Assembly (NCBI GenBank): GCA_951406725.2
Contig: OX597817.1
Coordinates: 17,422,001 to 17,486,000, forward strand
Source: Octopus vulgaris
Taxonomy: Eukaryota
Reading direction: 5' to 3'
DNA: 64,000 nucleotides
Shown: positions 26,601 to 39,791 of the stretch, in pieces
How the letters are laid out: each line of letters opens with the position of its first letter
Numbering within the stretch: the first letter of the stretch is position 1
Notes under the pieces: generated by a model
Databases searched by the model: none
Told to the model about the DNA's origin: nothing
Seen by the model: the letters and a program-made list of their open reading frames with translations, nothing else
Made by a program: the position numbers and the translations under genes

Positions 26601-27695
26601 CTAAATTAGGAGTCAGTAAAATAAATACCAGTTAGACACTTAGACCCCCCTCTCCAAAATTGCTGACCTTGTGCCAAAATTTGAAATTACTATTAATTCA
26701 AGTACTGGGGTTGATTTAATTGACTAAACACTGCCTCAAAATTTCAGGTTTTATATCTTTATTAATAACAATTCTTATTCAAACTGAGATGTTTTCTGTG
26801 GGCCCTGAATCTTTTGTAAATAGTTGGAAATGAAGGGATATATGGAGATATTTTTATCTGCAAGTTATGATATACAAATGATGCACATGGACAAAAAAAT
26901 ATTCAAAGTGTGCCATTACAGAAGAAAGTTACAGATATTGCTGTTCTGCACTACCAGCCTTAGCATTTTCTGGGGTTTTTACCTTCTTTTGAAATTGCAT
27001 TTCAAACCATCCAAGTCGTAATTCTCAAAACTATTTTGGAAGAACGTGTCGGTGGCACATAAAAAGCACCATCCGAATCGTGGCCGAAGCCAGTGCCGCC
27101 TCGACTGGCTTCCATGCAGGTGGCACGTAAAATGCACCAATCCGACCGTGCAGGTGGCACATAAAAAGCACCCACTACACTCACTGAGTGGTTGGCGTTA
27201 GGAAGGGCATCCAGCTGTAGAAACATTGCCAGATAAGACCGGAGCCTGGTGCAGCCTTCTGGCTTCCCAGATTCCCGGTCGAATGTCCAACCCATGCTAG
27301 CATGGAGAACGGACGTTAAACGATGATGATGATTAGAAATCCTGTGTTAGAAAGAAAAGTTCTGAATTCAACCCCAGTCTTAGACACCTGAAAGCAACTA
27401 AAAACTGAACTAATGAAAATGCATAAAGCAGACACAGTGTGTTTAACTGACTTTAATAGGCCTGGAAATGTCATATTTTCTCCCAGTACGTTCGAAATTT
27501 CGTGGCACCAATTCTGTACACATGGTTTTCATTGACTGCAAACTCAAGTTCTTACTTTTTCACTTTTACGTATTGAGAACGATTACTTAACAGACTTTTT
27601 TATAAACCAACAAAAAATCCCCCATGTCTTTTGAAAAAGCTCTTAGAAATAGAAATAGCATCCAAATTTTCCTTGGATCATACCCTACCATCTTA
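23665..27695 (+). repeat. Copy 2 of ~4-kb direct duplication
   Basis: Starts exactly at the gap edge with taaaccagtgaatg, as at 19638. Confidence 0.95.
27043..27333 (+). mobile_element. RTE-tail element (counterpart at ~22958-23200)
   Basis: ggtggcac(g/a)taaaa units, RTE 3' end, (GAT)n. Confidence 0.85.
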
Positions 27696-28217
27696 AAAAG
27701 AGAATAATTCCTTGGATAGTATGGTTCTAGATGCATTGTTTTGAATAAAAGATGGAGTAATCATGCCTAGAATGTTTTTGCTCAGAGGTTTGCTTGATCA
27801 AAGCTGACCTAGGCTAAACAACAACTAGACATTTGATATATACCTTACTATTTAATATTCATTGATTTTTGGTTATGTTGGCTTGTAGCCTTGCTAGCTC
27901 TAATCTATTCTTTCCAATCTCAAACTTCCCTGATGTTCTTCAACAAATTTTGCATTGAGAGAAAAAAAATCATTTGCAGACAAAATACTCAAGGATATCC
28001 ATTTCAGAACCCTTTATGATTCCCTCGTGGGCTCACATCTAGGCTTCCCTATATCTTGGTTTATGGTGAAAAACACCTGGTTTTCATGTGCTACCATGAA
28101 AAGGGGTCCATCTTGAGCTTTTGATAACAGATAAGCTATGTGTTGACTGTAGTGAGAATTTAACTTCTCCTGGTTCATTTCAGTGTAAAATCTGGAAATA
28201 GCTAATTTAGTAGTACC

Positions 28218-28470
28218 TATTTCTTTATTACCCACAAGGGGCTAAACATAGAGAGGACAAACAAGGATAGACATAGGTATTAAGTCGATTACATCGACTC
28301 CAGTGCGTAACTGGTACTTAATTTATCGACCCCGAAAGGATGAAAGGCAAAGTCGACCTCGGCGGAATTTGAACTCAGAACGTAACGGCTGAGTTCAAAT
28401 TCCGCCGAGGTCGACTTTGCCTTTCATCCTTTCGGGGTTGATAAATTAAGTACCAGTTACGCACTGGGGT
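28218..28470 (-). mobile_element. tRNA-derived SINE family B with fold-back inversion
   Basis: Minus copy 28218-28388 followed by an inverted copy of its own ~80 bp (28389-28470). Confidence 0.9.
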
Positions 28471-29045
28471 ACCATGGACAAAGCAAAGCTAGCCTTCTGT
28501 GCAATAATACTGCACTATACATGATACGTGAAATTTACAAAAGATGTACACACATGCACTAAGTTTTATAAGCATTCAGTCTTTGAAAACATAATCTCTA
28601 ATAATATGAAACCAAGCCAAAAGGACATGTATAAGCACCGGCCTACAAAAGCAGCAGCTACTAATACGAAATACATATACATAGTATCATCATCATTTCA
28701 AAGTCCACTTTTTCATGTAGGGCATGGGTAGAAGTGTTTTGAGGTTGATTTTCTACAATCAGATGCCCTTCCTGTTACCAACACTTGACTGTTTCCAAGC
28801 AAGGTGTACCCATGACCAGATATGTTTTTGCAGTGTACTGGAAATAAATGACACTGCTTGTATGACTGTGACATTTATTTACAACTATTACATAATGTTA
28901 AGACAAAGGGGACACACTTACCACACACACACACACACACACCACTGAACTTGAGATCTTGGGAAGAGAATGCAAATCCTTAATTCGTATGCTACAAATA
29001 TTCTCAATATCTGGAAAAAAAAATCTGAAAGATCTTAAGATTTAA

Positions 29046-29234
29046 CCCTTTCGTTACCAACCCGGTCTTATTTTCATAAGTTCTGAATTAAAATCTTCCA
29101 CCAAACCTTAGTCACAATTTATGTTCCTAACACTAGCTTAATGATAACTAAGTCATTTTACTAAATTCTTTGTTATATTTAAAGTAATTGAAAGAAACAC
29201 AGATCATCTCAACAGAAATACGATAACAAAAGGG
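29046..29234. mobile_element. piggyBac-type MITE
   Basis: TTAA TSD, CCCTTT...AAAGGG ends. Confidence 0.85.
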
Positions 29235-29482
29235 TTAAAGGATGATGGTTAAAACAAGATACTTTCCTTCACAACCTTGCTGCCAAGTAGGTGGCCAGTC
29301 ACAATTTACTCTAAATTAAAAAGAAAGAGAACACACATACATCTTGGAAGATTCTTGCCCAAGGTGCCACGCAGTGGAACTGAACTCCAAACTGTGTTGC
29401 TAAGAAGCAAAGTCAGTGCAATGATTTAAGTCTATGCTACTCAAATAAACAGGGACAGTAGATCTCAACTATATCATATCAA

Positions 29483-29706
29483 GAGCTGGCAGAATCGTTA
29501 GCACGCCAGGCGAAATGCTTAGCGGTATTTTGTCTGTCGCTACGTTCTGAGTTCAAATTCTGCCGAGGTCGACTTTGTCTTTCATCCTTTCGGGGTCGAT
29601 AAATAAAGTACCAGTTATGCACTGGCGTCGATGTAATCGACTTAATCCCTTTGTCTGTCCTTGTTTGTCCCCTCTATGTTTAGCCCCTTGTGGGCAGTAA
29701 AGAAAT
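29483..29706 (+). mobile_element. SINE family B
   Basis: gagctggcagaatcg A-box, gagttcaaattc B-box; multiple copies. Confidence 0.85.
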
Positions 29707-29764
29707 ATATATCATATCAAGAAAATATGAAAAATTTACTAAAAATTACCTCAGAGACATCTAC

Positions 29765-29967
29765 TCTTTTACTGTTTACTCTTTTACTTGTTTCAGTCAT
29801 TTGACTGTGGCCATTCTGGAGCACCGCCTTTAGTCGAGCAAATCGACCCCAGGACTTATTCTTTGGAAGCCTTTGTACTTATTCTATCGGTCTCTTTTAC
29901 CGAACCGCTAAATTACGGGGATGTAAACACACCAGGTTGTCAAGCGATGTTGGGGGGACAAACACAG

Positions 29968-30012
<45 letters not shown>

Positions 30013-30495
30013 CATATCACACGATCACGCAACCGACCAGACCATCAGATGTTGTTACACATCGCTGGTCACAATGCATTCGCATTGTTTTAGCCTTCGA
30101 ATGACGCCACCCTGCTGGCTAAGCGAGCAGGCCGACAGAAGAAAGAGTGGTGAAAGAGTACAGCAGGGATCACCACCCCCTGCCGGAGCCTCGTGGAGGT
30201 TTTAGGTGTTTTCGCTCAATAAACACTCACAACACCTGGTCTGGAAATCGAAACCGCGATTCTACGACCGTGAGTCCGCTGCCCTAACCACTGGGCCATT
30301 GCGCCTCCATATATATATATATATATATATGACGGGCTTCTTTCAGTTTCCGTCTACCAAATCCACTCACAAGGCTTTGGTAGGCCCGAGGCTATGGTAG
30401 AAGACACTTGCCCAACGTGCCACACAGTGGGAATGAACCTGGAACCATGTGGTTGGTAAGCAAGCTACTTACCACACAGCCTCTCATGCGCCTAA
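29765..30495 (-). mobile_element. SINE A with a SINE C (30017-30308) nested in its internal (TA)n
   Basis: SINE A halves flank a C-family head with a distinct tail. Confidence 0.85.
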
Positions 30496-30823
30496 CAGAG
30501 ACAATGTAGATATTTTGTTGACTATTCTTTTTATCAGTTGCTACTGAAGGAAAAGTCATTACTTATTTAGCCTCCTAATATATAGTTGTTGACATAAATC
30601 AACAAAGAATTGACAGAAGAATGAAACAGTCACTTGAGAGAAATAACTGTCACAGAAACAGTAAAAATATAGAGTGAGAGAGTGCTCTGCCAGGGTGACG
30701 GTGGCAGGATATCATCATAAGTTGGGACACTCAAATACTTGCTAGGTACTCTACAGTAGTTAGATGTATAATGAACTATATTAACTTAGTTATACAGTAG
30801 TGAACTGAACCGTCAGTGATTAA

Positions 30824-31044
30824 CCCTTTCGTTACTGTATTTATTTTGAGATGCTCTGTGTTTCTTTCAATTAATTTTAAATATAACAAAGAATTTAGTA
30901 AAAGAACTTAGTTATCATTAATCTAGTGTTAGGAACATAAATTGTGACTAATGTTTGGTGGAAGATTTTAATTCAAAACTTATGAAAACAAGACATTTGT
31001 ACTCAGAGCCAGAGCCAGTTTCAGCCGGGTTAGTAACGAAAGGG
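30824..31044. mobile_element. piggyBac-type MITE
   Basis: TTAA|ccctttcgttac...gtaacgaaaggg|TTAA. Confidence 0.9.
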
Positions 31045-31345
31045 TTAAATATCTCAAAGTAGATGTATGCATATATTTACATATGTGTATGTGTGGGTGA
31101 GTAGGCATATTTACCCCTTAGTCTACTGTTGATGCCTCTTCTGCATCTTGATACTTCTCATCCTCTTATCACTCATCCTCCTCTCCTGTACTGCCAACCA
31201 CTTCACTGTTCTCTCTATCTGCTACTATACTTGTACTCCTTTTCACCCACGTCCTACCTCTCCTGCCCTCCCTATATCTCCTGCATTACATTGTCTCTGT
31301 TATTGCTCTGTCCTTTAGCCCACTCTATTTTGATTGTACATAAAA

Positions 31346-31561
31346 GGTAGCAAGTGGCAGAACCGTTAGCACGCCGAGCAAAATGCGTAGCCATATTTCG
31401 TCTGCCGTTACGTTCTAAGTTCAAATTCTGCCGAGGTCGACTTTACTTTTCACCCTTTCGGGGTCGATTAAATAAGTACCAGTTACGCACTGGGGTCGAT
31501 ATAATCGACTTAATCCGTTTGTCCCCTCTGTGTTTAGCCCCTTGTGGGTAGTAAAGAAATA
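31346..31561 (+). mobile_element. SINE family B
   Basis: Family match. Confidence 0.85.
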
Positions 31562-32061
31562 TCTATTTTGATTATACATACTTATTTTCAGAAAATTGAG
31601 TACTCATGTCATTCATCCTTTATGGCTTATCACAATCATACATGCTTCTATCTTATTTTGTATAGAGGTTGATGAGTAAGCAGATTCATTAGTTGTGTCT
31701 TGGACATTGCTACCTCCATAGTGTTGGTGCCACAAAAAATGTGCCCAGCACATTCTGTTAAATTGCAAGGTTGAGAGGAGCCTCTAGACTTGTTGTTGAC
31801 ATGATACTTCCCTAGTAATGATACCACAGACACACAAAAAAACAAAAAAAAACTGGTGCACCCTGTAAAGTGGCTGGTGTTAAGAAGGGTATCCAGATAT
31901 AGAAATCAAGCCAAAAACGAAACTTACAAGTGACATGCATCCTCCAACCTATCTAGATGGCCAGCACCCTTGAATATGTGGTGATTCAAACTCTGGTGAC
32001 CTGCTGAACCTATGCCAGCATAGAAAGTGGATGTAAAATAATGATGCTGATGATGATGATG

Positions 32062-32303
32062 ATACTGTGTGTGTTTTCAAAATGTAGCTACATGTGGATC
32101 ATTGATTTTTTTTCTTCCTTTTCCTTGGTCTTTCCTCCTTTTCTTCCTTTTCTTTTGGTCTTTCCTCTGTCTTCTGTTTCTGAAGAAGAGCTTTTCTCAA
32201 AACATAAAACTACCTTTCTTTCCTTCCTTGAGCATCTGCTAATACTTTGCATCCTCGTGTTGTTTTTTTCTTGTTGTTTTTTCTTTGTTTTTTTTTTATT
32301 AAC
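32062..32303 (+). mobile_element. Diverged family 2 hammerhead element
   Basis: gtttCTGAAGAagagcttttctcAAAAcataaaac; same flanking body as other copies. Confidence 0.6.
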
Positions 32304-32399
32304 TATATATATATGTATGTATGTATGTATGCATGCATGCTTAGATATGTTTCAACCAAAGATTGGTCCAGGCCATGTCTAACTTAATAGCACCACCTG

Positions 32400-33545
32400 A
32401 TAGGATTATCTAAATCCTTTTTAAGTCAAGTTTTGTTTATGGTCCATTCAAGTAGTGAGTTCTTGTTGAGTGGTTTGTCTAGTATTCCTTGAAGAAATCT
32501 GTCCAGACTTTTCCTCTTTGATCAGTTTTGGGACAATGTTAAACAGGGCAGGGCCTGTTGAGGAAAAGAAATTATGTTGCAGTGTACCTAATATGTTGTC
32601 ATCCTGAATTGGGCAGGGGACATATGGCCTATGGTCCCAGCCTTGGATGAACCTTGAACCTAATGTTCAGGTCGTTTGCGCAATACTGGCGGTATATTCT
32701 CCACATTGTACAAATGATGTACTGCTTGCGGTGGCGCTGGAGAGAGTAGAGTTTCATGACTTTAAAGCGATCCCAGTAATCGAGATCAGTCAAGCCTTCA
32801 ATTCATTTAGTGAGTGCCCTCTGGGGTGATTCAATTTTCATGATGTTTTGTTTTGTATGGGGAGACCATAAGCAGTATTCAAGGTGTGGCCGTACAAAAG
32901 AGGAGAAAAGTGGAATGATGACACCTTGTTCTCTGGACTGGAAGGTTCTTAAGATCCAGGAGTTCATCCTACGAGCTATATCGACCTTATTGTTGATGTG
33001 GGCACTCCAACTGAGATTGTTATCAACAATGACACCTAGGTCTCTGATATTATTAGATGCTGTGAGCAGTTCCTCTGAAGGAAGAGAGTATGGCTGTTTT
33101 AGTATAGACTTTCTTGCAAAATGCATCAGCTCAAATTTTCCCTTGTTTAGTTGCATTTTGTTTTTGTCTGTCCATTGACTCACAGCATATAGATCAGACT
33201 GGAGTTGAGTTCGGTCTTCTTCATTGATGATTTTCTGGAGCTTAGTATCATATTTTCACTCTGCAGTGATTTACGACGCTGGAAAGGTTGTTTATGTAAA
33301 TTATAAAGACAGTTCCCTGAGGGACACCACTGGTGACTTTTGCTGGGCTTGAGTAGACTCCATCGACCACAACATGTTGTGTTCTGTTTGCCAGGAAAAA
33401 CTTAATCCAGTGTAGAAGTTTTCCACACATTCTAACATTTGCCAATTTTGAGAGTAAGATATTATGGTCAACCCTGTCTAATGCTTTACTGAAGTCAAGA
33501 TATATGACATCAAAGTTCGAACCTGTTCCCAAGGTTAGTGACACA
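32400..33545 (-). mobile_element. CR1-clade LINE reverse transcriptase remnant
   Basis: DVIYLDFSKALDRVDH, SGVPQG and VRPHLEYC..WSP motifs with frameshifts. Confidence 0.9.
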
Positions 33546-33793
33546 GAAGTTTGGTACAGTTTAGGATGGAAGGAGGTGCATCCATTGCCTTTTGTGCATC
33601 CATATTTAGGATCAGGGCCATGGACTCTGTATTTAGGATAGTATTTGGGGTTATATATATATATAGTTATATTTATATATAGTTATATTTATATATATGT
33701 GTGTGTCTATATATATGTTTACACACACATATATATATCAAAGTGGTGCCCTGGCATGACCAGTCCAATGACTAAAACAAGTAATGGATAAAA

Positions 33794-33837
<44 letters not shown>

Positions 33838-34699
33838 AAATATATATATTCTTGATGAATTAGAAGATAAATCATTTCAAGAAAAGATCAATGTTTATAA
33901 AAGGAAATTAATCAATCAAAGATTTCAGATCTGATTCCTTATGTGAGGATGTTTTTATTCTGAACTATTTTTATAGAGAAGTCACCTGTAGGTTTTTATC
34001 TCCATCATATTCTATATTAATCTCTTCTCTCTATCTTTTGTACTGTTTTCTATTATGATATCATTTTCATTATTATATTTTTCTATTTTCTCTGTCTGCT
34101 AATTCTATACTCTCTGACATGCATCTTCCTTTTTTTTTTCAAACAATAAATGTTTACTTTATCAGTCTTAGTCTGTTTATTTGTCTATTGACCTTGGGGG
34201 ATTTTTGGCGGGGGTGGGTGCATGTGGGGGTCTGTTGGGGAGGAGGGAAGTTTCTTATAAAAAGGATGGAAGGAATTAAGATAATGTAGGGTAGTGGAAT
34301 TTCTTTTGTCGTGTTGGAAACAACCTTGCTATTGCTAATGATAAGATAAAATGCTGTAAGGGGTTTGCCTTATGAAGGGCAACCGGCTGGAAACTGCATG
34401 TGAAAAAGGAATGGAGCAAGAGAGCTACGTAGTGTAGAGAGGATTCAGAAATCTTATCTGAGTCAGTCTGTCTAGTGCTGGGGGCATGGTAAGATGCACC
34501 CAGTCCATGGTTGTAGAGTGGTTTGTGTTTTTTTAAAAGTACAGAGTATCTAGCTGTAAAAAGCCATACCAAAACAAGGAGCAGTCAGAGACAATGTAGA
34601 GAGGATTCTTTAGTTAGGTATGCCCTCTCTAATCCTGGTAGCATGAAATAATATTCTCAGAATGTTGCTGTAAATTGCTATAAAATGGTTAGTGATAAT

Positions 34700-34862
34700 A
34701 GGCGCAGGAGTGGCTGTGTGGTAAGTAGCTTGCTAACCAACCACATGGTTCCGGGTTCAGTCCCACTGCGTGGCATCTTGGGCAAGTGTCTTCTGCTATA
34801 GCCCCGGGCCGACCAATGCCTTGTGAGTGGATTTGGTAGACGGGAACTGAAAGAAGCCTGTC

Positions 34863-34925
<63 letters not shown>

Positions 34926-35149
34926 CTTGTGTGTCTGTGTTTGTCCCCTTAGCATTGCTTGACAACCGATGCTGGTGTGTTTACGTCCCCGTCACTTAGC
35001 GGTTCGGCAAAAGAGACCGATAGAATAAGTACTGGGCTTACAAAGAATAAGTCCCGGGGTCGAGTTGCTCGACTAAAGTCGGTGCTCCAGCATGGCCGCA
35101 GTCAAATGACTGAAACAAGTAAAAGAGTAAAAGAGAGAGAAAAGAGAAT
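34700..35149 (+). mobile_element. SINE A (young, CpG-rich copy)
   Basis: Family match. Confidence 0.9.
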
Positions 35150-35723
35150 AAGATCATCCCCAAACCAAGTCACATATGATGACATGTACAGCTCAAATTA
35201 ACATAAACACCTCTGCCATTGTCATGTGCTGGGGCCACATTAAAAAAAAAGCATTCATTACACTTTGTAAAGTGGTTGGCATTAGGAAGAGCCCCAATCA
35301 TAGAAACCATACCAAAGCAGATGACTGGAGCCTGGTGTAGCCCTCCAGCTTGCCAGCTTCTGTCAAACCATTCAGTCCATACCAACATGGTAAATGGACA
35401 TTAAATGATGATGATGATGAGGCTAAATATTCCAGACATAAATGTATTGTTAATGCATTTCTCATACTGAATCAGTGCGATACAATGTGAAGAAGCTGAA
35501 ATTTTAAATTACAAGTAAAATCTAGGAAGGTTAAGAATCAGGCCCAGGTATTCAATTAGGACTTTATTTATCAACCTAGAAAGAATGACAGCCCAGAGAA
35601 GTGGGCCAAATTCCACAAGGCATTTTATCTGACATGCTAACTATTCTGTCAATTCACTATTTGTACATATGTCCATTTTACATCTACTTTCTATGCTGGC
35701 ATAGGTTCAACGAATCACTAGAG

Positions 35724-35942
35724 CAATGGTTTTCAACCAGGGTTCCGCAGAACCTTGGGGTTCCGCCAGTACAGTGCAGGGGTTCCGCAAGAAGTTACAA
35801 AACTGCTAAAATCAGCAGTAATTTTTAATTCTCCTGTGCAGATATGTGTGCATAAAACCATTAAATTATTGCACAGGGGTTCCTTGAGCCAGTGGAATGT
35901 TTCCTTGGGGTTCCGCTCCAGCAAAAATGTTGAAAAGCACTG
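35724..35942. mobile_element. hAT (Charlie-like) MITE
   Basis: TIRs caatggttttcaac / gttgaaaagcactg with perfect 8-bp TSD cactagag. Confidence 0.9.
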
Positions 35943-36254
35943 CACTAGAGTTTGAGTTACTACATGTGTGTACATGTATGTACATATGTATGTATGTGTA
36001 TATAGATGTATGTATGTGTATGTACGTCAATTCACCTTATACACAAATTATTTTCAACGGTTACCATATAACTATTATTGAAAATAAACTAACAAAGGAA
36101 CTTTTGTATGGTTGCTCAACCTACCAGAAATAGCAGCTATATCTCTCTCAAAGTACACCAGCCCACTCTCCGAAAACCAAAGCTGGAATGATTTTTTTTT
36201 AATCATAAATCTGCTCAGTCAGGGCTGACTTGGTTTTAAATAGTGACAATATAT

Positions 36255-36471
36255 TTATTTCTTTACTACCCACAAGGGGCTAAACACAGAGGGGACAAAC
36301 AAGAACAGACAAAGGGATTAAGTCGATTATATCAACCCAAGTGCGTAACTGGTACTTAATTTATCGACCCCAAGAGGATGAAAGGCAAAGTCGACCTCAG
36401 AACGTACCGGCAGACGAAATACGGCTACGCATTTCGCCCGGCGTGCTAACATTTCTGCCAGCTCGCCGCCT
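36255..36471 (-). mobile_element. SINE family B
   Basis: Family match. Confidence 0.85.
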
Positions 36472-37377
36472 TATAATAGTGACAATATATTATGTGAATT
36501 GTTTGTTTGGTTTCTTGTCTGTGAACATGTAACAGCTAGACTGATTCTCCATACTCTGTCAACTTGATTATTCTCTGTCTCTTTCTCGTGTGTGTGTGTG
36601 TGTGTGCATATATGTGTGTGTGGTTTTAAAGTTTGTTTTTCCTTATTAACATGAACCTGTTCATAGTGCCCACACAGATAGCAGTTTCCGTATTGCCTGC
36701 AAACCAGATGCACTTGACCTAGTTCCCTTGGAAATAAACTCATTGTAAAGCTATCAAATTAAACCCCATATTTTAAGAAAAAAATAATAAAAAAGTTGAC
36801 TAAGATAATTTTCATAAAACTATGAGGAAATAATCATCACAGCAGAGTAGCAGTAAGATTAAGGACATAATCTTCTGCAGTTGTTAGAAAACTCTCTTCG
36901 ACACTGAACTTGCTGATTGTACATTACTTCTAATTAAGCTGACCAAAAGCACTTTCCTTTCCTCTTCTCAACCTCCTATTTTGCCTCATCCCTACTAGAC
37001 CATGTGTGAAATAGCTAAATTATCCTTATGCCCCACTCTCCTAATTATTCTGCAATAGTTTAAATGAGCATTAGCCATTGTAACTTCACCCTACTATTCC
37101 TATCACCCATTCAAAAAAAAAAAAAGAGATTAATAATAATTTAAGTACCATCAACCACAGACTCAAGAATGAAAGTGAAAGTAAGAGAGAGAGAGAGCAT
37201 CATGAATATAAACAATCTTCTAAAATAATCTTCTGCATCTAGAAAAATCTTCTAGCAACTACATTTGGAATGCAAGGAATACAGACATTTATTGAAAGCT
37301 TGAATGCATGAATACCTGCTATCTGCTCCCTCAAAAAATTAGAACAAACCACTGATAAGCAATTATACCTACCTAAA

Positions 37378-37495
37378 CCACCCACCCACCCATCCATCCA
37401 TCTATCTATCCATCTATCTATCTATCTATCTATCTGTCTGTCTGTCTGTCCATCCATCCATCCATCCATCCATCCATCCATCCATCCATCCATCC

Positions 37496-37534
<39 letters not shown>

Positions 37535-37547
37535 CATCCATCCGTCC
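37378..37547. repeat. Compound (CCAT)/(CTAT)/(CTGT) tetranucleotide microsatellite
   Basis: Direct observation. Confidence 0.95.
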
Positions 37548-37574
37548 AAGTTTGGAAAAAAAAAACACTGGCCC

Positions 37575-37980
37575 AGGCGCAGAAGTAGCTGTTTGGTAAG
37601 TAGCTTGCTTACCAACCACATGGTTCCGGGTTCAGTCCCACTGCGTGGCATCTTGGGCAAGTGTCTTCTGCTATAGCCCCGGGCCGACCAATGCCTTGTG
37701 AGTGGATTTGGTAGACGGAAACTGAAAGAAGCCTGTCATATATATGTATATATATATGTATATGTTGTGTGTATATGTTTGTGTGTCTGTGTTTGTTCCC
37801 CTAGCATTGCTTGACAACCGATGCTGGTGTGTTTATGTCCCCGTCACTTAGCAGTTTGGCAAAAGAGACCGATAGAATAAGTAGTGGGCTTACAAAGAAT
37901 AAGTCCCGGGGTTGAGTTGCTTGATTAAAGGTGGTGCTCCAGCATGGCCACAGTCAAATGACTGAAACAAGTAAAAGAGT
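37575..37980 (+). mobile_element. SINE A
   Basis: Family match. Confidence 0.9.
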
Positions 37981-38093
37981 ATATATACATATATTTATTA
38001 CTTTTCTTCTGGTTTTAGCCAGTAGGCTATGGCTATGCTAGGGTGTTCACTTCAAAAGTACATTAACAAAGTGTATATTTTCTTGTTTTTGGT

Positions 38094-38298
38094 TTTACTC
38101 TTTTACTTGTTTCAGTCATTTGACTGCAGCCATGCTGGAGCACCACCTTTAGTCGAGCAAATCGAACCCGGGACTTTTTCTTTGTAAGCCCAGTATTTAT
38201 TCTATCGGTCTCTTTTGCTGAACCGCTAAGTGACGGGGACATAAACACACCAGCATCGGTTGTCTAGCAATGCTAGGGGGACAAACACAGACACACAA

Positions 38299-38335
<37 letters not shown>

Positions 38336-38500
38336 CATATATACGACAGGCTTCTTTCAGTTTCCGTCTACCAAATCCACTCACAAGGCATTGGTCAACC
38401 CGGGTCTATAGCAGAAGACACTTGCCCAAGATGCCACGCAGTGGGACTGAACCCGCAACCATGTGGTTGGTTAGCAAGCTACTTACCACACAGCCACTCC
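38094..38500 (-). mobile_element. SINE A, inverted relative to the neighbouring copy
   Basis: Family match. Confidence 0.9.
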
Positions 38501-39385
38501 TTATGTTTTTATAGATCAAGTGAAAAAGGCAAGACAAAGTAACAAAGGATCAAATCCCTTTAAGATGTACATTCATATATCAATGAAGTCAGCTTTGCCA
38601 TTCATGATTCCATGATTGATATGCAATAATCAGGAGTCGAGTAGTGAGCAAGAGTTGGGGGTAGGAATCATTTAAACTGACTACATGTCATGCTTTTGCA
38701 TAGTGGCTTTGTGCCAAAATGAGGAATCATGAGTAATATATATATATATTAATTACAGAACAGATATCAATCAATTACTTTGCCAGATAATTTTATATTT
38801 TATATTACTTTATTTTATTCAACACAACATAATTTTATATTACTTTATTTTATTCAACACAAGTACAGACACTCATATATATTAATGGGCATGTACATAC
38901 ACACACACACACTTCCATTCCCCATTCCACCAGTCTCAAAGGTCTTGTATAAAAGCATGAATGCCATCTTGCTGACTAAGCCATAATACATATATGCATG
39001 CACTCATACAGACATACATCATTTAACAAAGAGAACATTTATGGTGAACTAATGTGGAACATATAGATCTTGTACCCTGCCTCTAGATTTTCATTTGTAT
39101 CTTTTACCATCGGTGCAGTGAGCTATGTAACTATGGATTTGCACAAAAACTTAGAAATGCTTGGATTCTCTAAGAAGGCGCAAAAGAAACTGACACACAT
39201 CCTTCAAATTCAATCTATTATGACAAAATCCTGGGTATAACTTTAAACTGCATCTAGTATTTGTACTCTGGTTCTGATTTCCAGAATTCTGAGGAGTGTG
39301 GAACCAGGTTATAGCCATTATTGTTACACAGTCTACTCTGATCCAGGGTAGTAGCATCTGTCAAGGTCCCAGCAATAGGCTAATT

Positions 39386-39791
39386 GGATCTTTACCTTTT
39401 GACCTACAGATTTAAAAAATAATTTTTTTGTAATTAAACACTTTCAAACTTCGGACACTGGTAGAATAGGGTTTCAGGGTTAGGGTTAGGGTTAAGGTTT
39501 TAGGGTTAGGGTTGTCATAAATAACAGTGACAAATGAAAAATACACCGCCAGAAGTTCTTGTTGACAAACAACTGCAGTAATTTTTTCATCTGAATACAC
39601 ATCATTGATTGGTTGAAATTACCAAAATAGGACTACTTTAACATGAAATTACTTCGTAAATATAAGTTTTTCTCAAAAATGCTAAGAGTAAAAGATGTTT
39701 TATATGACACATTCTACAAGTGTCCAAAGTTTGAAAGTGTTTAGTTACAAAAAATTATTTTTTAAATTTGTAGGTCAAAAGGTAAAGATCC
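39386..39791. mobile_element. GGATCT MITE (Merlin-like, second subfamily) with TTAGGG repeats
   Basis: ~80-bp TIRs ggatctttaccttttgacctac / gtaggtcaaaaggtaaagatcc. Confidence 0.85.

Noticed and set aside
39477-39513. TTAGGG repeats as a telomere or fusion site
   Set aside because: Short, and internal to a MITE family that carries them in another copy too
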